From contig NC_083416.1 in assembly GCF_020745735.1 (NCBI RefSeq), positions 28,610,543 through 28,674,542 of the forward strand: 64,000 bases of DNA. Direction: 5' to 3'. A program made the translations under genes and the position numbers. The notes beneath the pieces are model-generated. The model saw only the letters and a program-made list of their open reading frames with translations. It was not told the DNA's origin and ran no database searches. Origin of the DNA: Hemiscyllium ocellatum. Its lineage: Eukaryota. This document shows positions 48,856-58,879 of the stretch, piece after piece (position 1 is the stretch's first letter; every line of letters starts with the position of its first letter).

Positions 48856-50057
48856 TCTATTATAGGGGGCATGCATTTAAGGTGAGATGGGGGAAAGTTC
48901 AAAGGAAATGTGAGGGACAAATGTTTTATGCAGAAAATGGTAGGAGCACACTGCCAAGGGTGGTGGAGGAGACAGATAGAATAGGAGCATTTAAGAGACT
49001 TTTAGATAAGTGCATGAAAATGTAAGGAATGGAGGGATATGGCCCAAAGACAGGCAGAATGGATTAGCCTAATTTGGCATTGTGTTTAGCTCTACATTAT
49101 GGTTCGAAAGGCCTACTCCCGTGTTGTGCTGTTCTATGTTCTATGTTCTATGTCTGGCAGAAGTTCAGAGGAAAGGTCACGACCCTAACAGTTAACTCTG
49201 ATTTTTCTCCACAGACGTTGCCAGATCTGCAGAGCTTTTCCAGGATTTTTTGTTTTTTTTCTGATTTACCGCATCCTCCATTATTTCAGGTTTTAATTAT
49301 TTCAGCTATTCTTCTCAATGCAGGCACAGGAACTCAAAGCCATCAACCATGGGACTGGCCATGCCGGATGTCAAACTTTGCTGGACTTTGGGTTGAGTTG
49401 CTTGGGTTGAGGCCAATCCAGGGCAGGGGTTTTTTGGATTGTGGAATAGAGAGTGTGCAAATCTAACAACTAATCAGGAGCTACACTCAATAGGACCGAA
49501 CCAAATTGTTTCACATTTTGCAAAAATTAAAATTATTGCAAGGACCTTTGTAAGGGTATCTGGTCTTTGGACAAATCCAATCTTTGGATAGTCAGATTTG
49601 AGACATTGTACCTTATCTCCAGTTTCTTAGTCACCTAAAAATATGGTATTGGCTCTTAAACCAAGAAAAAACTGAATAGTTTGCTAAGGAACTTCAGAGG
49701 GTAGTTAAAAGTCAGCCGCACATCGCACTTAATAAGCCTTGGCTTGAATCTCTCTATGTTCCAGTTATCACAGTATCATATAATACAGCAGGCCAGAAAC
49801 ATATTTTCCCTTTACATTTATCCTCATACTAACACTTTAGAATGAGCTATCTACTATTATTCAATTTGTCTGCCATTTCTCCAGACACATAAATATTCTG
49901 CTTTCTCAAAGACTCACTTTGTTCTCTTTTACATTGTTATAATCTCAGACAGATTTTTATATCTAGAGGGTGCAATGACCTACCTGTTCTCAAAGAAAAC
50001 TTAGCACAGATTAGGGCTCCTGCCCTAAGAGCGCTTCTCAGGTTCTTAGCTACTGTG

Positions 50058-50168
50058 TAGCTACTCTGGAGCTTTGACAAAGCGTCAGTTAGACTCGAAA
50101 CGTCAGCTCTTTTCTCTTCTTACAGATGCTCCAGACCTGATGAGATTTTCCAGCATTTTCTCTTTTGG
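50058..50168 (+). mobile_element. Solo PLE pLTR (family C-related), perfect 14-bp TSD
   Basis: TCTTAGCTACTGTG occurs at 50044-50057 and 50169-50182. Motif: gagct-TTGACAA-A-GCGTC-agtta-GACTC-GAAA-CGTC-agctc. Confidence 0.85.
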
Positions 50169-50238
50169 TCTTAGCTACTGTGGTTGAATATTATATTGGC
50201 AGCATTTTTGAAATTACTCAGGTTATAGTACATTCAGG

Positions 50239-50446
50239 GAGAAAGTGAGGACTGCAGATGCTGGAGATTGGAGTCAAAAAGTGTGGTGCTGGAAAAGCAC
50301 AGCATGTCGAGAAGCATCTGAAAAGCAGGGCAGTTGAAGTTTTGGGCATAAGTACTGTTGAAGAGTTATGCCCAAAATGTCAACTCTCCTGCTCCTCGGA
50401 TGCTGCCTGACCTGCTGTGCTTTTCCAGCACCACACGTTTTGACTC
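50239..50446. mobile_element. PLE foldback mini-element (family A), degenerate TSD
   Basis: Inverted arms meet at ~50355. Flanks are ttatagtacattcagg and ttattgtacaatagg. Confidence 0.85.
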
Positions 50447-51206
50447 TTATTGTACAATAGGATCTCCAGGAAAAAGAAGCCCCCCCCTCAGAATAGTGAA
50501 AGGATTGAAGTTGCAAAGAATATTGGGGGTGAACAAGAGCTGTGAGATAACACATACCTTTCACTGTTTCACTAGTGGAAAAGTTGCAGGTTGGAAGGGA
50601 ATGGTGAACATAGAGCCATAGGTTTTACATTTGTTGAAGGGTAGTTTAGAGAAAGGCATTGGATCAGCATTTTATGGTGAGGAGCTTTCTTGACTTTCTG
50701 AGAGGGGTCGGAAGCCACGGCTTTAGCTATTTAACAACCTGATGTTTGTGAAGTTAGCTCATGGATTTCTCTCACTGTTTAGACTGGTTCATCCAAGACC
50801 TATCAGACTAATAGGTAGGCCTTTTAATCAACAAGATATTTCAGCCTATGTTAGGGGACACTTTCAGGATGTGTACTCTTTTTTATTTCTTTTTTTATAT
50901 TATGGGCAGTTTCTGGGTAACAACTTATTTTGAATGTAAGCTTTTCCAAGTACTTGGTTGATACATTTCATCTGCCTTAATAGCCACTTGCCATATCATG
51001 AGACATGTTTTTGGTCTGAAATATGTAAATTAAGCTTTTGTTTTTTATAACATTTCCTTTTGATATGTTTGAAACATACAAGAGCTACAACTGGTGAGCT
51101 TAAAACATTCTGACAAATATATTAAGAAAACGAATATTTTTGAAAAGTGGCCATTTCATGATAATGTAGAGCAGCATTGACAGTGCAATAAACTTCAATA
51201 CAAGGT

Positions 51207-51391
51207 GTAAAGGTAAAGTTGGATTATTCCAAGAGAATAATAAGGCTACTGTCTTAAGGTTCACCAAGTCTCTGACAACACAGGTGATGTTGAGAATGTA
51301 CGACCTTCATAGTAGCTTCAGCCACTCTGGGAATTGAACCCATACCGTTAGCATTATTCAGTATCCTAAACTAGCCATCCAGCCAATTGAG
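51207..51391 (-). mobile_element. tRNA-derived SINE (family of 10655-10878)
   Basis: B-box gggttcaattccc on the minus strand and a shared tail. Confidence 0.6.
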
Positions 51392-51681
51392 GGAATACAA
51401 GTTATAACAGTCAAGCTCACTATCAAAGCAAGGTAATAGAGGAAAATCACATACTTTTTTTTATAAGATGTGCGCTCTTAGATAATCGATTTCCATTTTT
51501 ATACTTAAGACTAGCTATTTAAAAGAACAGGATCTCTCATAATTTTATGTTTTTTTAAACTGATTGATTGTAGGCTAGACTGTGATACTGAGATCAATCA
51601 GGTAGATACCTTTCATATACTTTGATACCATTTCATCCTCTCAAGGGCTTCGGAAATGGAGTACATTCAAATCTGGCAGCA

Positions 51682-51990
51682 CAGCAGCATGGTGGCACAG
51701 TGGTTAGCACTGCTGCCCCACAGCGCCAGAGACCTAGGTTCAATTCTCACCTTGGGCAACTGTCTGTGTGGAGTTTGCACGTTCTCCCTGTGTCTGTGTG
51801 TGTGTTTCCTCCGGGTGCTCTGGTTTCCTCCCACAGTCCAAAAGATGTGCAGGGTGGGTGAATTGGCCATGCTAAATGGCCCGTAGTGTTAGGGTAGGGG
51901 AATGGGTCTGGGTGGGTTGTTCTTCGAAAGGTCGATGTGGACTTGTTAGGCCGAAGGGCCTGTATCCACACTGTAAGTAATCTAATCTAA
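51682..51990 (+). mobile_element. HE1-type V-SINE
   Basis: A-box tggcacagtgg, B-box ggttcaattc, V-domain and (taatc)n tail. Confidence 0.95.
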
Positions 51991-52176
51991 AAAAAATGGA
52001 ATGTACCTAGACGTGGAATAAATAACTTGGAAACTCTTTGTTTTCATGAGGGGTTTGATTGTGTTGAATTAATTAATGTTTTAAAAGAGTGTTTGCTTTG
52101 ATCAGTCACAAGGAATTTTATAAAACATTCACCATTTATTGCTCACACGCATTAGTCTTCAAACAAAATTAATTTG

Positions 52177-53400
52177 TAAGACATAAAATCTAGGAGTAGA
52201 AATTAGGTCATTTAACCCATCCAATCTGCTCTTGCATTCAATCATGGCTAAGAAGTTTCTCAACGCCATTCTCCTATTTTCTCCTTGTAACCCTTGATTC
52301 ACAAGAACCTATCTATCTCAATATTAAATATATTAAATGACCTAGCATCGACAGCCTTCTGTGGCAGTGAATTCCATACATTCACCACTCTCTGGCTGAA
52401 GAAGCTTCTCCTTATCTCTGTTCTAAAAGGTCTTCCCTATACTCTAAGACTATGCCCTCGGGTCCTAGTCCCGCCTACCAATGGAACCATCTTTCCAACT
52501 TCCATTCTGTCCACCCTTCAGTATTCTGTATTTTCAATTAGATCCCCTCATCCTTCTAGACTCCATTGAGTATAAACAGAGGGTCCTCAAATATTTTTCA
52601 TATGTTAAGCTTTTCACTCCTGGGATCATTCTCACAAACTTCCTCTGGACACGCTCCAGGGTCAGTACATCATTCCTGAGATATGGGGCTCAAAACAGCA
52701 TACAATATTCTAAGTGTGATAAAAACAATGACTGCAGATGCTGGAAACCAGATTCTGGATCAGTGGTGCTGGAAGAGCACAGCAGTTCAGGCAGCATCCA
52801 ATGAGCAGCGAAATCAACGTTTCGGGCAAAAGCCCTTCATCAGGAAACTCTAACCAGAGCCTTATAGAGCCTCAGAAGTACATCCCTGCATTTATATTCA
52901 AGTCCTCTCAAAATAAATGCCATTTATTGCCCTTCCTAACTATTGATTCAACCTGCAAGTTTACTTGAGAGAATCCTAGATGAGAACTCCCAAGTCTCTT
53001 TGTACTTCAGATTTCTGAATTTTCTCGCCATTTAGAAAATAGTCCATGCCTCTATTCTTCCTACCAAAGTGCATGGCCTCACACTTTCCCACGCTGTACT
53101 CCATCTGTCACTTCTTTGCTCACTGTACTAATCTGTCCAAATCCTTCTGCAGCCTCCCTGCCTCCTCAATGCTATCTGTCCCTCGACCTATCTTTGTATC
53201 ATCTGCAAACTTAGCCGGAATGCCCTCAGTTCCTTCATCAAGAACGTTAATGCATAAAGTGAAACGTCCCAACACTGAGCCTGGGGAACACCACTTGTCA
53301 CCGGCTGCCATCCTGAGAAGGATCCTTTAATCCCTATTCTCTGCTTTCTGCCAGACAGCCAAATTTCTATCCTTACCTCTGATACCACGGACCCTTCAAT
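52177..53400 (-). mobile_element. CR1 LINE 3' fragment with a nested pLTR
   Basis: KFADDTKIG and WQPVTSGVPQ on the minus strand. Same subfamily as 47368-48855. Confidence 0.92.
52721..52846 (-). mobile_element. Solo PLE pLTR (family A variant) with intact hammerhead-like core
   Basis: The reverse complement of 52814-52845 reads tc-CTGATGA-A-GGGC-tttt-GCCC-GAAA-CGTT-ga. Confidence 0.88.
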
Positions 53401-54021
53401 TTACTAATTTCCTTCATCCAGAAAATATTGGTGATTGAAAGCATGCAAATGTATTCCAAAATGCACTTTCTTTTCAGATTCAAAAACTCTGCAGAACATA
53501 TTTGTTCTTGATTCTTTTTCTGGCAGGGTGCAAATAGTGTACAATATATTAGACCAACAGGCCTCAACACTATGTTTTCTTCTATTGTAGTAGTCAACTT
53601 TGTCCTTGGATACAAAAGAGAAATTCTCTCACAGGTTCCTTTTTGTGCATGTGGGTGAAGTTTCAGATTTCTGACACTACGAGGTTCTCTCCTGCCTGGG
53701 GCTGAGCAGTTGCCTGGTCTCCAGTAGTCTTCCAGTCCTCCAGAGTTCTAGCAGCCTGGGCCGTCTCTTCCTCAGTAAACAGTGGAGCTGTTTCAATAAG
53801 ATTGTCACCACCATGTGGTCCCAAATTTTCTAAATGTGACCTTCCCACAGAGGTGTCAGTATCTGAGAATTTAGGAAGCAGCAGATATTTCCTCAGAGGG
53901 CCCCATCCACTTATCCTTAGTGGGTGAAGAGATAATTTCCAACAGAGCTGGTGATATACAACGAGGTGATGTACAACTCACTGGTACCTGCAAGACATAA
54001 GAGAGAGCAGGAGTCACAGCT

Positions 54022-54510
54022 TAGAATCATGGAGTCATACAGCCATACAGCCTCTTGGTCCAATCAGTCCATTCTGACCATGTTCCCAAGCTAAACTAGC
54101 CCCACCTTCCTGTGCTTGGCCCATATCCCTCCAAACTTTTCCCATTTATGAACTTATCCAAATGTCTTTTAAACATTATAAATATACTTAAATCCACCAC
54201 TTGCTGTGGCAGTTGATTCCACACATGATCCACTCTCTGTGTAAAAACATTGCCCCTCATGTCATTTTTAAATCTTTCTCCTCTCTTCTTAAAAATATTC
54301 CCCCTAGTTGTGAACTTTACCACCCAAGGAAAAGACCCTTGTCATTCACTTTATATATCACCTCATGATTTAATAAACCTCAATAACCTCCTACGTTTCA
54401 GTGAAAAATGTCCCAGCCTTTTCAGTCTATTTTTATATCTCAAATCCTCTATCTTTGGCAACATCCTGAATCTTTTCTGGACCCTCTGCAATTTAATAAT
54501 ACCATTCGTT
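54022..54510 (-). mobile_element. CR1 (HER1-like) 3' end
   Basis: ORF 54096-54323 (RGNVFTQRVDHVWNQLP...FKRHLDK) followed by a 3' tail. Confidence 0.9.
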
Positions 54511-55299
54511 GAACAGGCAGTGGTTAGACATGGTGTGCAATGGTAGCAGGTTACTGTCAGTGTTGCAGGGGAAAGCAGAAAGGCAGAACAGGAGCAGTCT
54601 GGGCCCTTTTTCCTCTATTATGGGCTGTCTTCTCTTTTAATGAAAGAAAGCAAGGGATTGAGTGAGCTCAAAATGAGCAATATGGCTGTTAATACTGACA
54701 CAGATGGGGGAAAGGTGTGAATTGTTCAGAGGAAGTGAGTACACAATGCATGGAAGTTGCTGCAAGCAATAGTGAGAGCCTGAACATTTCTGCTAGGTAG
54801 GTTGAGGTAGCAGTGATAGGGAGCATTTACCCTGGCAGAGCAGTTAACATTATTGACACTCTTATAGCACTTCTGTCAGTCTTCAACACCATTGAGACAG
54901 CACTGAGTTGGGCAGTGACCTTGGGTTAGCCCATCAGTGGTTGTGCAGTCTCATCTGTCATTACTATAGAGATATGCCTCTTTCTCACCTTCAGGGACCT
55001 GACAGAGAATTTCCGGACCATCTTGCACTTTTCTAACATGTTCAGACACTGTCCATTGCTGAGTATGGCATCTTCAGAATGCTTGTGCTTGCCCAGGTGC
55101 AGAGTGGCCTATTAGTTTGATGTGGTCTCCAGGGATGCAGATCCTTCGGCAAATATCAATAGAGTAGCAAGTTGGAAGTGGTGTGTGATGAAATTAGGAA
55201 ATGAATCAGACATGAGGCGATATCCAAAGTTTTGGGTAGACAGGTAATAAGGTAAGACAGGTATTTAGTAAGATATAATGAGAAATCTCACTATGCCTC

Positions 55300-55871
55300 T
55301 GTTATTGACCAGGCCAGCACCCCTCAAAATATTTTAAGAAGGTAGCCTAGTCCCTGACCTTTCCTTATTTTAAAGGCAGAGGTGAAGTGGATATTCCAGG
55401 TGTGATACAGCAGGTCAAACCACTTGGCTTCAAGCAAAATAGAATTTATTTAAAGGCTAGTTAAAATACGAACTAAAGAAAGCAGAATTTAGAATAATTT
55501 AACTAGTAGTAACCTTAACCAACCCGATTCAGTAACTAGTAGTAATTAATTGTTCCAGTACACAACTTCCCTTAAACACATCCCTTGGCAAAAAGGCAAA
55601 TTCAAACACAGATCCTTACAGGCAGGAGGGAACAACATCTAAAGAGATTTCAGAAGACGTTCAGAGGAGTTCTTTACTGAAGTTTGCAACTCCCTTGGAC
55701 TCTCACATCGTGTGACTGCTACAACCTAAAACAAGCTAAAAAGAACCTGAACTGGGAGAACTAGCCACTCACTTTCATTGTTGAACTAGACCCTTCACTA
55801 CCTTTACCTTTATGACCTTTCTTATAAAAAACCAAGAACAAAATAACCTTTAAAGTGACAGCATTGTCACA
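55300..55871 (-). mobile_element. Solo LTR, 572 bp
   Basis: TGTTA...TCACA termini with a perfect 5-bp TSD GCCTC (55295-55299 and 55872-55876). Strand is inferred only from AATAAA on the minus strand. Confidence 0.8.
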
Positions 55872-57015
55872 GCCTCATGGTGGACAACTCTCCAAAAAAC
55901 ACCGAGCTAATAATGAAGTATGTTTCAACCCTATGCCTTGACAGAAGTTTTCTCAAATAATTATTTCAGTTAAGTGACCCTGACAAAAAATCATTTTATC
56001 CACCTAACTTTCCAAAGCTTGTTTAGTTTCTGGTTGCAAATACATGGAGAAGCATTAATAGATTACAATGTCTGGTTGGACAATCTATCTTTGTCCAATG
56101 ACAGGAGTGAAACTTGCCCCTGAAATAATCTTTCTGAATTATTCAAGCTATGGCCTTATGGCCAAGTTTGTGCATTTTATTATCAAGGTAATTCTTATGA
56201 CATGTATTAGTGTTTTGTTTTCTCTTTTTAACTCTGTGTGATATTATGTTTTCTTTCATCTTGGATTTCTTGTGTTTTTAACTTCTCAAGTAACAATTTC
56301 CCACAGACTTTCAAATTATCCAGTCACAATCCTACATAAACAATTAGCTGTTGCTCATTTGTCTCTTATCTGTCTGTATTTCTTCATGAAAATTGCAATT
56401 AGACATAACAAGAACATTATAAAGTATAATGTGTCACTAAATAGTCATTTATTCAATAAAATTCTTTAAACTGTCACATATTCTGGTTCCTCATAACTAA
56501 CTATTATTCAGGATATTGATCTACATTGCAATCCTAGACCATACTAGCTTAATTGTATTCTTCTGTCAGCACATTAATGTCAGGTTTTCTGAATTTATTG
56601 TATTACTTTGAGATATGAGACGGTGAAATTTATTTTTCCCTAGAGTCATTATAAGCTTTACAAAAATCTATAGCTACCACATAAAATAGTACAATATCTG
56701 ACTTATCTTGAGTGATCCAATTGCTTTATGTTTATGATTGTAGTGACATGCTTGTAATCTTCCTTATCAACAGGAACTATAAATTAGTGCTTTTTAAAAA
56801 TCATCTGGCAATGTTGTTTGACAGCTATCAGATACTTGCTGCTGTCTTTAGTTGCATCTCTATCAGAAAGGTTTTGTGTTACCGTGAACCATCTATGAAC
56901 CACTGGGTGTTGCCAATTTTCTTTCTCCTCATCCATTAAATGTTCCTGTTTCTGTGATAATTTTCCATTTGAAAACATAATTTGAAAATTTTTTTTCTCA
57001 CTCAGATTTTATTCA

Positions 57016-57220
57016 AATTTGATTTGATTTGAATTGATTTAGTCACGTGTATCGAAATACAGTGAAAGATGTCGTCTTACATGCTTTCCAGGCAGATCAT
57101 ACTATACAAATGCAAAAGGGTAACAGAGTAAAGTGCAGGATATAATGTTACGGCTGCCAAAAAAGTGCAGAGAGAGAACATTAATATTAAAGAGGTTCAT
57201 TCACATGTCTTATAACGGAC
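57016..57220 (-). mobile_element. Rex1/Babar-like LINE 3' end
   Basis: (tttga)n tail followed by gtcacgtgtatcgaaatacagtgaaa, a typical fish Rex-type 3' terminus as I recall it. Confidence 0.55.
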
Positions 57221-58021
57221 TTATTCCACTTAATTTCTTAAAAACACAAAAATAGAAGTTCTATATTGCTCCACATTATTGAAAAGAAATGTTCAAAATA
57301 TGTCCCACGGGGGAGAAAAGTTCAGAAACCAACTCATTCCATTTTCTAATTGCTGCATTACTCCTGATTACTGTTCTCAGCCTCATGAAAGTTCTGATTT
57401 TAGTTACAAAACATCCAATACATCACACTGGCATATATAAAAAGCATCACCTTATAGATGAGCTGAATAAACTAACAGTTGAAATAAAAAGGCCTCAGGC
57501 TCCAGAACGCCTGATACCCTCACATTGTAACTCAAAGTAAAAACGTAGCCACACACAAACTACAGATCTCATTCAATCTGCTTCTTCCCCCATGTATACT
57601 CTATTTCAATTATTGCCATCTGCAGGAGTTCCATCCTCTCTCTGCATGATCCCCTTTATTTTCCACAATGAGCTTCTCCTGCCATTCTTTTGCCATGCTG
57701 CCTTGAATCAATGCTATTGCACATCCATAAGCTCCATTCCTCTTCTGTATATTATGTTACAATTGTGATGTTTGGAAGATTGTTTTGTTTTGGGACTGTG
57801 TAGTTCACTTAAGGCAAACTAAAGATGGATGGGTGGTCTTCTGAAGTCTGCATGATCTCATGCTGGTGTGGTTTGATTATTACGGATTAATAGGGGTGGG
57901 AGCAGGTTGAGAGAGGCTGTTTTGCAAGGTATCTATGCTTGCATACAATGGCAGCAGTGGATGGACAAAAGGTCTTCAAAATCACAAGAGAGCATTGTGA
58001 ATGTCACTCTGTAAACAGTTA

Positions 58022-58464
58022 AAAATCACACAGGTTATAGTCCAACAGGTTTAATTGGAAGCACAGTAGCTTTCGGAGCGACGCTCCTTCATCAGGTGAT
58101 TGTGGAGGGCTCAATCATAACACAGAATTTATAGCAAAAGTTTGCAGTGTGATGTAACTGAAATTATACATTGAAAAATTGATTGTTAAGCCTTTCATCT
58201 GTTAGAATACAGTGATAGTTTCACTTCTTTCATGTGTAAATCACAAAACTTTTTTTTAAAAGTTGCATTCTCGGGTTACATCACAGTGCAAATTTTTGCT
58301 ATAAATTCTGTGTTACGATCGAGCCCTCCACTATCACCTGATGAAGAAGCGTCGCTCCGAAAACTAGTGTGCTTCCAATTAAACCTGTTGGACTATAACC
58401 TGGTGTTGTGTGATTTTTAACTTTGTACATCCCAGTTCAATACCAGCATCTCCAAATCATGACA
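58022..58464. mobile_element. PLE foldback mini-element (family B), 13-bp TSD
   Basis: CTGTAAACAGTTA occurs at 58009-58021 and 58465-58477. The arms join at a GTTA microhomology (58275-58278). Confidence 0.9.
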
Positions 58465-58879
58465 CTGTAAACAGTTACACTTTAAACTATCAACTTATGC
58501 CCAAGGTAATAATGAATTAGGCTCCAAGAGGTTGCTGCCATGGAGATGCTTCGAGAGGAGTTAAGGATCTAATACATCCCTGAAAATTCACAGATAGGGT
58601 TAGTCAGGATTCAGGAGAGAGAATAGTGATAGGTAACAAGATGCTTTGCTTCACTGGGTAAGGGTTTTGATAGGAGCTTTTGCTGAAACTGAGATGATAA
58701 AATTCATGAGCAATTGAAATGTGGCTGGAAGATTCACATAGCTTGCACTAGAGGAACAACTACTGAGGGAGAAAAACTGTACTGTGAAAAACAGTTCTGA
58801 AAGTAACAGTTCCCAGACTAGGAAAGGAAAAGAATAGAAGTAAACTCTCAGAAGCTAAAATCATATTGAGTTGAATTAT

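Larger units (their letters stand above)
45290..49152 (+). mobile_element. Older CR1 LINE (endonuclease end to 3' tail) hosting two nested insertions
   Basis: FLKQYVENPTRGGVILD, ENYRLVSLT and LVRPHLEYCIQLW motifs, with a (tgttcta)n tail at 49130-49152. Confidence 0.92.
45262..49300. mobile_element. Family C PLE foldback split by a CR1 insertion (left piece 45262-45289, right piece ~49152-49300)
   Basis: Removing the CR1 restores gctggaaagctcagcaggtc|tggcag. A plus-strand pLTR follows with degenerate agtt-CAGAGGA-A-AGGTC..GACCC..GTT-aact. Confidence 0.6.

Noticed and set aside
53640-55290. Possible Harbinger-derived sequence (also 35970-36680 and 38830-39100)
   Set aside because: Too decayed to define termini, TSDs or motifs by eye.
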